This document shows, piece after piece, positions 10,307 to 22,910 of a stretch of DNA of 64,000 nucleotides (position 1 is the first letter of the stretch; every line of letters begins with the position of its first letter). This stretch comes from Amphiscolops sp. MND2022. Taxonomy: Eukaryota. The stretch is taken from NCBI GenBank assembly GCA_964187785.1, contig OZ076409.1, positions 65,722,001-65,786,000 on the forward strand, given 5' to 3'. The position numbers and the translations under genes are program-made. The notes beneath the pieces are model-generated. The model made no database searches and was not told the origin of the DNA. It worked only from the letters and a program-made list of their open reading frames with translations.

Positions 10307-13300
10307 ATGACCGACCCCATGTTAGAGAAGGTTCAGAAGCTCCACGAAAGCCGTTTAAAGATCGAAACAGAGTTGAAAAAGTTCCAGAAAGATATCATCG
10401 ATGCCGTGAACAATTCTGAACGACGCGTTCGCGTTGAAAGATTAGTGACATATTGCAACGAAACAATGACTAAAGCCTTTGCGAAGAACGAGCAGCTGTT
10501 AGAGCTCGCAAAGAAGTCAAACGACCCAGTAACTATAACTGACGACCTAGAGAAGTGGTTAGATGATGTCACCGTGGAAAATGACAGAATACTGCAGAAA
10601 GCAAGGGAGTACATCGATCAATGTCCGCAATCCGAAAAGTCCTCCCAAACTTCACGGAAGGCAGCTACTGTCAAAACTAAATCTAGCAAAGTCTCAAGTT
10701 CTAAAATGTCCAAAACATCGAGTCAACGGCAACGAGATCTCGTTATTGCTCAGCAAAGACGTGCGGAGATTGAAAAGCAGAACGAAGCCGCACTACGTCT
10801 GTCAAAGCAAAAACAACAACTCGAACTTGAGCAACAAGAACTGGAACTGGTAAAACTCCGAAAGGAACAAGCTTTGAGAGTTGAGGAATTGGAAGAAGAA
10901 AACCGTCGAAAACTAGCAGAAGCAACTTTGACAGAAATGGCACTTCGAGACGATTTGTCCGATTCAAACACAGACTTTCACGAAACTCTGTCGCGCTTGA
11001 GCGCTTCTAGCAGAGGAAAGGAAACAGAGCGAATAAGCGATTGGATCAACAATTCGTCCAATGTTACTGAAGCTAACGCTCCACCTCCAGTCACCACTAC
11101 TACGACATCAGCTTCAAACAATGCTGTTACTAGCACAGCATCACTGCAATTCGTTGAGAACGGAACTGCTTGTCAGGTAGGCATAGCAAGTCAAGATCCT
11201 GCAGCTGTTTACGGCCCAGTTACTAGTGTTCCACCACCACTTCCGAATATTACACTTGTTCAGCAACCGGCTGCTTCTGTTTCACTTCAAAGCAACCCCA
11301 TGAATGTTATACCTTCCGTACCAATGACTGTTCAACCTCCCGTACCAACATTGAATCCGATGATAACAACAACGGCAACAATCACAACCAGTCCAGCCGT
11401 TCCACCAACGATTCCTGCACCTTTCAACCCAATTGTCAATGTGCCAGTGAGTCATGTAATTCCAAATCTGACCGCATGGACGTTTCCTCACGTACCTGTT
11501 ATTCCCTCTGTACAAACAAGTAGGCCACTACCGCAAAGTCAACCGACCCCAATCGCAGCAACAACCGCCTCTTTGGGTAGTACACCTCTACCGACAACAG
11601 TACCTATCTTGCCTGTCACGTGTGGAGGAACTGTTTATTACTTACCGCCACCAGTTGTAGCTACTCCAGCTGTTGCTAGTACATCAACTCAGCCGTCATC
11701 ACTGTTCCCCAGTGCGAATGCAACACCATTTGTGCCATCTTCAACAACTTCCGTGACCCAAACCAGTGTACCGAGCTTTACAATCCAAGACGTTGCACAA
11801 ATACTGGCTTCAACGAAGAAAGACCACCTACCAGAGTGGAAACTGTCTCAATATAGCGGCGACCCTATTCAATGGCATGAATGGTATGGACAGTTTAAGA
11901 GCGCCATTGACTCTGCCCCTCTGACAGATGATGTCAAGCTGACATATCTGAAAACATTGGTGACTGGGAAAGCTAAGGTCGCAATTGCCGAATTCGCCTA
12001 CTGTGGGGCCATGTACAAAGATGCCCTCAAGACACTTGAGCGCAAATTTGGACAACCTCAAGCAGTAGTGACTGCATACTTGGATAAACTTGCAAATGTA
12101 CCCCCGGTGAAAATGCACAACAGCGAGAGTATCATAAGCTACTCTGCAACTGTCAGTTCGTTAGTTGGCGTATTTCGATCGCTCAACTACAACCAAGACC
12201 TGTCAAGTGCATCACTACTCGGTCAAGCAGTGCAAAAGCTCCCACCAAACATGAAGGAGGCTTGGTCGATGCACACCGTTAAGCGTAGTTTAGATCGACC
12301 AACACTAATTGACTTCAATGAGTGGTTGAAAGATAAAGCTGAAGCTCATGAACGAATGAAGACTGCATCGGGCAAACCAAAGTCGGACGAAAATCCCCAA
12401 CCAAGTGTCAACAAAACCAAGACAACTTCGAAAGTGTTCGCGGCAACGACATCAAACAACCAACAAAACAGCACATTAAAACCAAAGTCCGACAGACTGC
12501 CAAATTGTGTGGCGTGTAAAGAGAAACATCCTCTGTGGAGATGTCCGGTGTTCCGTAAGAAAACTCCCACAGAGAGAGCAAAGTTAGTTGCCGACAACAA
12601 GCTTTGCTTCTCTTGTTTCAATCCCAATCATTCCTTCCGACAATGCCCGCAACCCCGCAAATGTACTAAAGAGAACTGTGAAAGCACTCACAACACGTTT
12701 TTACATGGGGCCGACCGGATCTTTCCGAATAAGAACCAAGTAACGAAACCACGAAATCCTGAATCTTCTACCTGTGTCGGAGCAACAAAGATAAGCGAGC
12801 AGTTAGAAACAACCTCAGGCCTACCTTCCGTCACGGACGTTAAGGGTCTTCTGCAGATAACGGAAGTCGAATTGCATTCTACAGCCGCCTCTGAAAAGGT
12901 TTTAGCGCTGTGCGATTCAGCCTGTAGCCATTCATGGATTTCTGCGAGATTGGCAAATAGATTGAAAGTTCAAGGCGTATCGACGAAACTTACTGTACAT
13001 GGGATTAACTCCCATCAAGTCATAAGTACGGAGATGGTGGAGCTCAAGTTGACACCGGTTCATTCGGGTGGCTCTTGCTCCCCTTCCACCAACAACCCAT
13101 ACGTCCGAGAAAATCTGAACGTGGGAACCGACACGATCGACGTGAACTACCTGAAAACTAAGTACCCACACTTGGAACCAATATCTTTGCAGAAGTACAG
13201 CTATGCCGACGTCGACATGATCCTAGGTCAGGACGTGTTTCACTTTATCCGCCCGCTGGAGTATTTCGATTTCGACCGTAAGAATACCCCAGTTGCCGTT

Positions 13301-16300
13301 CGTATACCGTTGGGCTGGGTATTGAGTGGACCTCTTCCATCAACTTCTGGATTTTATTCGACATGTTTTAAGGCTGTTTCTACTAAAAAAGACGTTGATT
13401 CAGAATTAGCTGACCAACTCCGTAGCTGGTATGATATGGAATCATACGGAGCATTCAAACAGGTAGACTCCCGCTCCGCTGCCGATGCGAGAGCGGAGAA
13501 GATACTTGACGACAAGACATACCACGACGGGTCCCGATACCAGGTGGGTATGCTTTGGGCTGAGGACGATAGTAGTTTACCGAACAACTACTTTTCGGCA
13601 CTCGTCCAGCTCAAGTCGCTAGAACGCCGTCTCGCGAAAGACGTAGATTTGAAAGAGCGATACTCCAAAACGATTCAGGACGACTTTTCAAAGGGGTACA
13701 TTGTGAACGTCGACAAAGGCGATTGTTTCAAAGTGAATGAAGTCCGCGAGTGGTACCTTCCGCACCACCCTGTAGTTCATCCCCACAAATCAGGCAAAGT
13801 TCGACGAGTGTTGAACGGCGCCGCCAGGTTTCAAGGGCAGTCCTTAAACAATTTGCTCTTAACCGGACCAGATTTATTACAGAATCTGATCCACATTTTG
13901 ATTCGATTCCGCCAACATCCACACGCTGTATCGGCTGACATTGAAGGAATGTTTTTACAAGTCGGTGTCATTCCAGACAATAGGCCTTCACTTCGTTTTC
14001 TGTGGCGCAAAGATCCAGCATCCGAAGTTGCTGTTTTTCAATATGTTCGTCACATCTTCGGATCCAAGGACTCCCCCACATGTGCGAACTATGCCCTGAG
14101 ACGAACAGCAACCGATAATGCATCACAGTTTCCCGAAGCCGCCCAAAGCGTCATCAACAATTTCTACATGGATGACTACTTGGAATCCAGCCCAACCGCA
14201 GAAGCTACCCGGAAAGCTAAAGATCTAGTGAATTTGCTTTCATTAGGTGGCTTTAAGCTAACGAAGTTCGTCTCAAACGTGTCTACCATTCCGCCACAGC
14301 TGGAAGCTGACCCCACATCACCAACCGAAGGTAAAGAAATCCCGAGCACCGAAAACTCGTCACATGTGTTGGGACTAAAGTGGAACCACAGTACCGACAC
14401 CCTCGTAGTCAGTCGTGGTACGAACCCTGAAGTCAAGCCAAAAGTAACTCAAAGGATCGTTCTGAGTTTAGTCTCTTCAGTGTACGACCCGATTGGACTT
14501 GTCGCACCGTATACCGTCAAAGCACGACTACTGCTAAAGGACATCTGGAGGCTAAGCGGACAACAATGGGATGACGACTTACCACCTGAAGTTGTAACCA
14601 AGTTCCTTGAATGGAGTGAAGAACTACCAGGCTTAAGCGACATTGTCATTCCACGAGCTTATTTCCAGGGAAAAGTCGAAACATTGGAACTTCACCTGTT
14701 TGGTGATAGTTCCCAAGACCTGTTCAGCGCTGTCGCGTTCCTACGTGCCAAGGTTGTCAAGAATGAAAACCAAGAACAAACACAACTCGCCTTTGTATTC
14801 GGAAAGGCCAGAGTCGCACCCATGAAAGCCTTGACAATTCCAAAACTTGAACTACAGGCTTCGTTACTAGCAGCAAGGCTTAGAAAAGAAATTGAGAAAG
14901 CCCTGTCACTGGAGATAAGTAAGACTTTCAAGTGGTCCGACAGCACAACTGTTCTGCAGTGGATACACTCTCTGGATAAGCAGCCAGTCTTCGTTGCGAA
15001 CCGCGTGGCGGAGATTTTGGACCTTACAACGACCGACGAGTGGAACTACGTAAAATCTAGCGAAAACCCTGCAGATGCAGGCACGCGAGGCCTGTCAGCG
15101 AAATCATTAGTGAGCAGCAGTTGGTTAAATGGACCGGAGTTTCTGAAAACGTCCGAGTGGCCGTTCAAACCATCGGAACCGCCAAAATTTAAACTGAAAC
15201 CTGACCTTAACGACCAAAGTACAGAAAAGCCTTCCCCCAAAAATGAGATTGTTCTCAGTTCCAATGTGGACATCAACACATCAACTTTCGAGTGGCATAA
15301 GTATAGCTCTTCCGAGAAACTTTTGCGTGTTGTTGCCTACCTGATGCGTCTCATTCCAAAAAATGAGGCCTACCGCTCCGAAACGGGTACCATTACAGAC
15401 CCAAGTGAACTTGAGAACGCACAAATGAAGCTTTCCTACCTGGCTCAATTGGAATCTTTCCCTATAGAAAAGAAGCTACTGCTGAAGAACTTCCCGCTCA
15501 GCAGATCCTCTAAACTTTTACAGTTCTCCCCCTTTGTTGGACCCAACGGTTTACTTCGAGCAACTGGTAGAACAAAGCAACTTGATGTATCTAGTTTTGA
15601 CGCAAAGCATCCCGTCTTACTGGACAGTCGCCATCCAGTTACACGTTTATTCCTCGAACAATTACACCGAGCTCATTGTCACCAAGGCGTGGACTACCTG
15701 AGAGCGTTGGTGCAGCAACAGTTTGCCATCGTCAAGCTTAGAACCGCCTTGAGATCAATAGTTCAAAGATGTGTAACTTGTCGAGCTGAGACTATCAGTC
15801 CGATGATGGCCGACCTTCCACGAGAAAGACTTGCATTCAAAGAACCTCCATTTACCAACACTGGCGTAGATTACTTTGGTCCTTTCTACGTTGCCGTGAG
15901 AAGATCGACTGAAAAAAGATGGGGATTCCTATTTACTTGTTTGACTACACGAGCTGTACACTTCGAAGTTGTGCCTTCCATGGACACTAGCAGCTGCATA
16001 ATGGGAATCGAGAGGTTTACAGCCCGCCGGGGTACCCCATCAGTTTTATGGTCGGACAACGGAACCAACTTTATAGCCAGTGAAAAAGAACTCCTACAGA
16101 ACATTTCCAGGTGGAACCAACAATTCTTATCTGAAAAACTTGTCAAGAAACGTATACTCTGGAAGTTCAAACCACCTAGTGCCCCTCACCATGGAGGCAT
16201 CTGGGAACGAGTGGTTAGAAGTTTTAAGCACGTTTTCTACGCAATTCTCGGAAACAGACGCTTAACTGATGAGATCTTGATAACCACGTTTTGCCTTGTT

Positions 16301-16720
16301 GAAAAAAGTCTGAACGCACGACCGTTAGTTCCAGCTAGCCCTGATGCCACAGATTTGGACGCTTTGACCTCAAACCACTTTTTGTTAGGAACTGCGGGTT
16401 CCGTTTTACCGTCGCATCAGCGTGCTGAAATTGACCATCGAAAACGCTATGTGCGGGAACAAGCCTATTCTGACGCCATATGGTATCGATGGTTGAAAGA
16501 GTATGTGCCTACGCTTAACAGACGTCCGAAATGGTCCAACCAGCCAGAGAGACAACTCAAGACCGGAGACCTAGTTTGGATCGTCGAGCCAACGAGTCCA
16601 AGAGGACATTATCCACTAGGTCAAGTTGTTAAATTGAATTTCGGCAGCGATGCCGTTGCGCGTTCTGCTGAAGTAAAGACCAGTACCGGTTGTCTTGTTC
16701 GTCCCGTTGTGAAGTTATGA
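10307..16720 (+). CDS. BEL/Pao gag-pol polyprotein
   Basis: First ATG at 10307. Gag core (YSGDPIQWHEWYGQF), three Cys/His knuckles (CVAC..H..C, CFSC..H..C, C..C..H..H), protease LCDSACS, RT (ADIEGMFLQV, YMDD), Pao RNase H (LHLFGDSS, KARVAP) and integrase (H..H..CVTC, DYFG, SDNG, WER). The terminal TGA may be slightly premature (VVKL*SVLP). Confidence 0.96.
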   Translation: MTDPMLEKVQKLHESRLKIETELKKFQKDIIDAVNNSERRVRVERLVTYCNETMTKAFAKNEQLLELAKKSNDPVTITDDLEKWLDDVTVENDRILQKAREYIDQCPQSEKSSQTSRKAATVKTKSSKVSSSKMSKTSSQRQRDLVIAQQRRAEIEKQNEAALRLSKQKQQLELEQQELELVKLRKEQALRVEELEEENRRKLAEATLTEMALRDDLSDSNTDFHETLSRLSASSRGKETERISDWINNSSNVTEANAPPPVTTTTTSASNNAVTSTASLQFVENGTACQVGIASQDPAAVYGPVTSVPPPLPNITLVQQPAASVSLQSNPMNVIPSVPMTVQPPVPTLNPMITTTATITTSPAVPPTIPAPFNPIVNVPVSHVIPNLTAWTFPHVPVIPSVQTSRPLPQSQPTPIAATTASLGSTPLPTTVPILPVTCGGTVYYLPPPVVATPAVASTSTQPSSLFPSANATPFVPSSTTSVTQTSVPSFTIQDVAQILASTKKDHLPEWKLSQYSGDPIQWHEWYGQFKSAIDSAPLTDDVKLTYLKTLVTGKAKVAIAEFAYCGAMYKDALKTLERKFGQPQAVVTAYLDKLANVPPVKMHNSESIISYSATVSSLVGVFRSLNYNQDLSSASLLGQAVQKLPPNMKEAWSMHTVKRSLDRPTLIDFNEWLKDKAEAHERMKTASGKPKSDENPQPSVNKTKTTSKVFAATTSNNQQNSTLKPKSDRLPNCVACKEKHPLWRCPVFRKKTPTERAKLVADNKLCFSCFNPNHSFRQCPQPRKCTKENCESTHNTFLHGADRIFPNKNQVTKPRNPESSTCVGATKISEQLETTSGLPSVTDVKGLLQITEVELHSTAASEKVLALCDSACSHSWISARLANRLKVQGVSTKLTVHGINSHQVISTEMVELKLTPVHSGGSCSPSTNNPYVRENLNVGTDTIDVNYLKTKYPHLEPISLQKYSYADVDMILGQDVFHFIRPLEYFDFDRKNTPVAVRIPLGWVLSGPLPSTSGFYSTCFKAVSTKKDVDSELADQLRSWYDMESYGAFKQVDSRSAADARAEKILDDKTYHDGSRYQVGMLWAEDDSSLPNNYFSALVQLKSLERRLAKDVDLKERYSKTIQDDFSKGYIVNVDKGDCFKVNEVREWYLPHHPVVHPHKSGKVRRVLNGAARFQGQSLNNLLLTGPDLLQNLIHILIRFRQHPHAVSADIEGMFLQVGVIPDNRPSLRFLWRKDPASEVAVFQYVRHIFGSKDSPTCANYALRRTATDNASQFPEAAQSVINNFYMDDYLESSPTAEATRKAKDLVNLLSLGGFKLTKFVSNVSTIPPQLEADPTSPTEGKEIPSTENSSHVLGLKWNHSTDTLVVSRGTNPEVKPKVTQRIVLSLVSSVYDPIGLVAPYTVKARLLLKDIWRLSGQQWDDDLPPEVVTKFLEWSEELPGLSDIVIPRAYFQGKVETLELHLFGDSSQDLFSAVAFLRAKVVKNENQEQTQLAFVFGKARVAPMKALTIPKLELQASLLAARLRKEIEKALSLEISKTFKWSDSTTVLQWIHSLDKQPVFVANRVAEILDLTTTDEWNYVKSSENPADAGTRGLSAKSLVSSSWLNGPEFLKTSEWPFKPSEPPKFKLKPDLNDQSTEKPSPKNEIVLSSNVDINTSTFEWHKYSSSEKLLRVVAYLMRLIPKNEAYRSETGTITDPSELENAQMKLSYLAQLESFPIEKKLLLKNFPLSRSSKLLQFSPFVGPNGLLRATGRTKQLDVSSFDAKHPVLLDSRHPVTRLFLEQLHRAHCHQGVDYLRALVQQQFAIVKLRTALRSIVQRCVTCRAETISPMMADLPRERLAFKEPPFTNTGVDYFGPFYVAVRRSTEKRWGFLFTCLTTRAVHFEVVPSMDTSSCIMGIERFTARRGTPSVLWSDNGTNFIASEKELLQNISRWNQQFLSEKLVKKRILWKFKPPSAPHHGGIWERVVRSFKHVFYAILGNRRLTDEILITTFCLVEKSLNARPLVPASPDATDLDALTSNHFLLGTAGSVLPSHQRAEIDHRKRYVREQAYSDAIWYRWLKEYVPTLNRRPKWSNQPERQLKTGDLVWIVEPTSPRGHYPLGQVVKLNFGSDAVARSAEVKTSTGCLVRPVVKL

Positions 16721-16919
16721 TCCGTCCTACCAGTTCCCGATTCCGAATCCTATTAGTTTCATTATTCGATCCCGAAAATTTGATTGTATTTATTTAACAT
16801 TAATCACTGAAACGAATAACATTTAACATGTAATCTGAACATCCACGTAAGTAAACCTTTTTGTGCAAAAAAAGTTATTTTTGTTTTAAAAAAAATCTCA
16901 TCTTCTCGAGCCCGGAGGA

Positions 16920-17280
16920 TGTTGCGTTCACAATAAGATTAAAATTGAACTGACCAATAACAAGGCGCTATGGCGAAATAGGTTAGTGCGCTTTATTCTA
17001 AAGCCGTAGATCGCGGGTTCGAATCCCGGTAACTGAAAATATTTAGTACTTACAAAAATAGAAAAAATAATGTTTTTCTATTCATTACTCATTTGCTATC
17101 TCGAAGTTATGTTTATTAATATTTGTCAACAACTGTATGCTCATTTATCAGTTTTGTCATTTTGTACAGATTAACTGTTTCGTCATTGTGGGCCGATAAT
17201 ACATTGAGAAATAGAGTGTTGCCTTTTTCCTATTTTTCAAATAGAAGAGACGAGATAACTGCCGAATGTTATTTCTTTTA
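16920..17280 (+). repeat. BEL/Pao 3' LTR (361 bp)
   Basis: Copy of 7841-8202, preceded by a short PPT-like CCCGGAGGA and followed by TSD TAAAT. Confidence 0.95.
16964..17035 (+). ncRNA. tRNA-derived A/B-box module in the 3' LTR
   Basis: Same sequence as 7885-7956. Confidence 0.7.
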
Positions 17281-18171
17281 TAAATGCTGGTTGACGAAAA
17301 ACTCTAATTTAGAATTCTGTTTTAAAGTTTATATGGCCTTGAGACGCACTGCAGAGATATTACCGTGTGCCTGGTTTGGCAAAATATGCGCACCGTAGCA
17401 CAATAAATATTCCTGGTTTGTATTCCGATGAGATAGTGTTCAGCAAGTGAGACATCCTACGTCTCATAAACTTGATAGCCCCTCCCGGAGTTATAGCAAA
17501 GGGAGCTGATAAAAAATTCAGGGCTGTTCTTTTATGTTGAATGATTGACTACTACCGCTGGCGAGTTATAGATTTCCAGTTTCCATCGTTTCATTAATTC
17601 ATGCCTAATTTTCTTTTGTGAAACTGGTCACATATTACAGGTGACCAAATGGAAAAAATATAATCTAGACGCGTGATGAAAAGCCCAAAAATTACACAAA
17701 TCACAAAATCATACTTCAAAATTTACAAAATCATTGAGAGTTTTTCATTTGGCACCGATTGAGAGATATTGAAAATAACAAAGCTCTTTGATTTCAAGAA
17801 CCGAAAAAGGTAAACGACAAAAAAGCCTCGCATTGTGTTTTATGAAAAAATATTAGAGCACGATATTCCCCAGCCGTACTTCTGAACAAGAAGAAGAATA
17901 AAAGGCTTGCAAATATGCTGGAAAGCCTCACTTAATTGAGTTTATGGCTGAAGAAACTTTATGGTATTAGGAGGGACGCCCCTATCAGTTTACTTTACAT
18001 CAATTTCATCAGAAATTATAAAATTCAGCGACAACGTGGTTCTTGTTGTAATAGTGAACTTAATATTGTACTTGGGAAGAGGTTATGGAAGAGTTTATGG
18101 GTGCATTTAAGCCAGCACTTGTATAGTTTTGAATAAATGGTCTTTAGACCTTGAGAAAATCGAGATATATG

Positions 18172-18262
18172 TATGTGGCGAACATATATGGTGGCTAAAT
18201 TAAATATGGCTAAGATTTACGGGCTAACTTATATGTGGCGAACTTAAAAGTGGCGAACTTAA
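18172..18262. repeat. Degenerate ~16-bp tandem repeat (GTGGCGAACTTA core)
   Basis: About six copies of (G)TGGC(G/T)AA(C)TTA-like units. Confidence 0.7.
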
Positions 18263-18270
18263 ACGGACAC

Positions 18271-18654
18271 GATTTCGTCCCATTTTTGACAGATTTTGTC
18301 CCGGATTACGGAAAAATATTCTATACTATACACAAAATTAAGCGCTAATCGGTATAATCTATTCGGTGATTCTTCATTCGGTGCTGTTACAGCCAATATG
18401 TATGGAACTTGATTTTTTTGAAGAAGTCAGCATCTTTGTTGTATGGCAACATTGAGGTATGGCCATATGGCACGTCGCTCCGCTTCGCTTCGCTCTTGCA
18501 TTTAGGGCACTAGGGGTATGTGAACATAGCTGACTACGTTATAATAATTATTTGGGACGAAATCTGTCAAAAATGGGACGAAATCTGTGTGGGACGAAAT
18601 TTGTCAAAATTCCACGTGGGACGAAATCTGTTTGGGACGATATCTATCACTCCC
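18271..18654. mobile_element. MITE-like element with inverted ends built of TGGGACGAAATCTG subrepeats
   Basis: GATTTCGTCCCATTTTTGACAGATTTTGTCCC at 18271 is inverted relative to GGGACGAAATCTGTCAAAAATGGGACGAAATC at ~18554. Five subrepeats on the right. Confidence 0.65.
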
Positions 18655-20432
18655 CTCTCAAATATTTGTAATGATTTGTAATGGAAAGCAATACCCACAG
18701 AAGACCGACTTAAGTGACGAAACATTCTAAATAAAGTTCACTTTTAGCGACATTCTCTATTGACTTCCAGTGGGTTACTGCTTTTAATCAAGTGTATGAG
18801 TTGGAACAAAAGCACCACTTAACTAGGCGTAGAATTCGGTACCATAGAAAATGTAAGCGTTTTTCAAACAATCTCTGAGTTAGAACATATACAGCTTACA
18901 GAGCAAGGAATTTCACAAGGCGGTTTTGGTTTAAATTAAAAATTTCTAATTAGGTGAATAAAAAAACGCAAATATTCCACCCTTGAAAATTTATACTGTT
19001 AACAAGGAGCTAAAACTCATTCAATTTTGCTTCCGAACCAATTTGGATTTGAACTCTCAAAAACAGCTTCGAATAGAATTGGGTAAGAATTTCCGTGCCT
19101 GTCGATTACCTTTGCGGTTGTAGCTACCTACCAATACGGTCACTTGACGCGTGAACGTTTTTACCATCGAGAAGTTTTTAAACCAGCAAGTAGATGAGAG
19201 AATTGACAATTTTTCCAGTACAATTTTCATTTTGCAATGACAAAAGTTTATAGTTTTTAGTTTATTGCGTATTAATAAAATCCCATTACTTTGGCGCACA
19301 GCTCAGACTACGGACGGAACCTTGTTTATCACGTTCCTAGACCGTCAAAATAGTAAAAGCAGCTTAAAAAGCTGACAATAGCGTTTTTTGTTAAGGTCTA
19401 TTTGGCAAACTCGGTAATTACTTAGTAGATAAATTTACTTAGTAATTTTTTCACCACCTACCTATAGATACTTTTCACCACCTAACTATAGATTAGAATT
19501 AGATAAAGCGATGTAATTGTTCGGATCCATTAGGATAAAGTTGATTTCTTAGAGCGAATTTTACTAAATTTCACTTTTAGGCGAAAATATTCTAAGACCC
19601 GATACTGGGAGCTGGAATATTGAATCCTTCCAGTGGCTAAACTGTGGATCTCGATCTTTATTTTACTTGATTGATAGTTATAAATAGTCGATTTGATCAT
19701 CATTTATCAAAGTAATTGGATTGTCAAGTTTCTCTCGTGTCGATCAACCGAGTGGAGCCGAAGAGCATATCGGAGAGAAAACTAGCCAAGCTAGTTAGTT
19801 TAGCAAAACCTTAGTCGCCAAATAAAAAACTTTTCTGATAGAGTTAAATTCTTGGGAAAACCCCTCCGTCCCCAAAATCTGAATATTCTACAAAGAGACA
19901 TCAAGTTGTCATTTGTGGGAAAGCTTTGTAGAAGCAACTTTGTGAAATTAAAAAGATAATTCATTTTTTTGCAATCAAGCAACTTTTCAACTTACGATGA
20001 CTGTTATTCGAAACAAATTTGGCAATAGTTCCCTATCAAGGTCGAAAATGGTAATGTTGATTTTGGAATTCGTTGATCCAAGGGCATATTTTCAAGTTCT
20101 GGTGTCGTCTAGAAGGTTTCTATAGAACATTTTGCCAAAAACGAATGTAAGAAGTTTCAACAAAAGACGAACAATAGTCTTTGAATTAAAATATGCTATT
20201 CTGAAAGTGATTAAAATTCTCTTATTGTGTTTGTTTTGGCCCGCTACATAAAACGCAAAGTCTTCCAAATATATGCAGAGGGTTTTTAGGAAAAACATCT
20301 AGAATGTAAAAGTACCAAAATTTATCCTTCAGGCTCCGAAAACGCTTTTCTACAACTCAAAACATCAAAACACTGGGATTGGTGAAAAAATCCAAGGTTT
20401 TATTCCAAAGAAGCTTCAGTGCCAACAAAGCA

Positions 20433-20783
20433 AACAAGACGAGAACGTCTAAAATCGGCGCTATATCTAAGGCTTAAAACACGTAAAACATTTTTTTTTG
20501 AAAAAAATCTTGATCTTTTCGAATTTTTTCTTTCGGAAAATGTCGCACAGTGCCGAAAAAATCCAAAGGGGGACCCTTTAGATTTTTTCGGCTTTGTAGG
20601 CTACGTTTAAAAAGTAAAAAACCAAAGGGGGACCTTTGGAATAACTTAGATGCGTTTCCCGGGGATTTGTTTAGTTTCTTTAGTTGAACGTTAACGTTCG
20701 TCGCTTCGAGTCTGTCTTTAAAAAAAGAAAAAAACGAGTGAATGTAATAGTCGGGCTCTTTTATTAATAAAAGCGCCGTCTAA
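20433..20783 (-). mobile_element. Diverged HINE-like element
   Basis: AACAAGACGAG..ATCGGCGCTATATCTAAGGCT at one end and TTTTATTAATAAAAGCGCCGTCTAAAA at the other. Confidence 0.6.
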
Positions 20784-22910
20784 AAAGAATCCATGATAAT
20801 CTGGCTTCACGAGCATGAAATCCAGAATGAGTTGCCTTTTAAGGTGTGAACAAATTGTCAGTTTGAATGATTGACAAGCGGAATGGCAGCGCTCAGATCT
20901 GTTTAAAAACAATTCTTGTTAACTTTTTGAAAAAATTGAGAGCTCGAAAATTTTTATTCAATGTTTTTTTGGTTCTCCTAGTAAAAGGTGACCTGGCTAA
21001 AAAGGTCACGTCAACATTTCACATATTTCAATTACAAATGGTTGTCAACAAGTAGTCAATTGTTTTTTTTGCTGGCCAATAATTTAATTTATTTACTAAA
21101 ATCATTTATTGGGCAATATCGATTCCGAGGACAACATCGGACTCAAGAAATCGTTGTCTTTTCGGGCAAAGAAATAACGATTACTGAACTTCAAAAAACA
21201 GAACTCAGCCAACTTTCACTTTTCTAAATAGTATGCCTTGCAGATAATCATTCAAATCGGAGCTCTTATTTCGTAACGTGATCACAATTTCAACTAGCAA
21301 TGATTCAAACCTTTAAAAAGGTTTAGGCAACTATACCAGTTCTTTCTTTCAGACTTCTGATGTTTTTTGCATCAATGACAAAAAATAGTCAGTAGACGAG
21401 CGGAACAGCAGTATTCAAATAGGTTTGAAATCTTCTCAAGTTTTCGAAATTTGAAAACTCGAAAATTTTTATGCGTTCCGCTTTTTTCTCATAGTAGCGA
21501 AGGCTACATTTCTGAACTTCGACAGCTTAAAATGCTTTTCGCACATTTGGATTGACAATTTAATTCCGACTAACATTTGAGACGTCTTTGCACTTTAGGG
21601 TGTGTTGCACTCATCTAATGAAATCTAGGGATTCAGGTCTAACTTTTCACATCTTTTCCCTCAATTGATTAAACATTTTTAACTGGCCAACAATTTATTA
21701 TCCGGTTAACCGGTTTACTGGTCCAAGCTGTACTCTGACGCTTGACTTGCGTGAAGTAAACAACTGATATGCTCAGCAACACGTCATTGCCTGATACAAC
21801 ATTTTTGTGATGAATTCAAAATTTGTAAACATGGTTACGGCAGCGATTGTCGTTAGAAACACTGCAGAAAGATTTGCACATTTTTCTCAATAATCTCTAT
21901 ACGGGTAGCGGAAGAATTATGTTCAGAAAGAAAGCTGAAAAAACTATAAAAACTATAGTTTTTTTCTTGAATAATGTTAAGTTTTATTGTCTAACATGTC
22001 CTATTTTTATGCTGATAACATATGAATAGAAATGAACATGTTTTCATTTTTTACAAGGTGTTATGAATGGAAAGATTTTTTGTAATTTATAACGTTTTCG
22101 ATTTATAGAGAACACACCAACAATGTCGCTGGTAAAATTACAGATCCGTAGCAATAATTAACATAACATTAAGTATAAAAAATATGGTAGTTTTTTTAAA
22201 ATGTTATTACTTTCTTTTTTCAAAGTGAAGTAAAAGAATCCTCAATTTTTTTTGCAACATGAAATTCAAGCAAATTAAGACCATTATCCGTTGTCAACTT
22301 CCTGAAACTTCATTTTTAAAAGACCGAAGGAATTTGAACAGATGACCAAAAAACATCCGTTCCAATTTGAGAACAAATACAGTGATTGTTCATCGTTTGA
22401 TTTCTCCACAAAGTAAAACGGAAACCGAATAAATTGAAAACGGGATGAATTAGAAGACAAACCGCCATTTTTAATAAAACCGAAAACAGTCAAGGGAATT
22501 CAAAGAGGAAAAACTCATAAATCAATTAGATACAAAGGTACCTACAAAGAAACGGAGACCTGATAATGCTTTTATGAAAAAGGGAATTAAAGGGAAGGGA
22601 ATTATTGTTGGTTTTATTCGAAAGGTTTGTGGAAATAAATGAATTAAGTAGGTATCGTTAAGAAGAGTTGATAGATTTCTTTTGTTGCTCCTAGAGATTT
22701 GAAGATGGAAATTAAGATTAAATTATGTTGGGGCAGTCGTGTAATGCTTGGATATTTTTATCAAGGTTATTTCCAAGAGAACACGGAGCTGACCTTTAAG
22801 CCGACCCATTTTCAATTTGAGAGCCCTCATTTTTACTCCGCCCTCATTTAGAAAAGCTGTCCGTTTTGTTCACGTGGAGTTATGTTTTTATATTCAGTAT
22901 ATTTAAGCAG

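Larger units (their letters stand above)
7841..17280 (+). mobile_element. Full-length BEL/Pao LTR retrotransposon (9440 bp)
   Basis: Two near-identical LTRs, 5-bp TSD TAAAT (7836-7840, 17281-17285), PBS at 8203, and a single gag-PR-RT-RH-IN ORF with BEL/Pao motifs. Confidence 0.97.

Noticed and set aside
16909..16919. Similarity between the BEL (GCCCGGAGGA) and Gypsy (GCCCGGGGAGGA) PPT regions
   Set aside because: Too short to distinguish shared constraint from chance.
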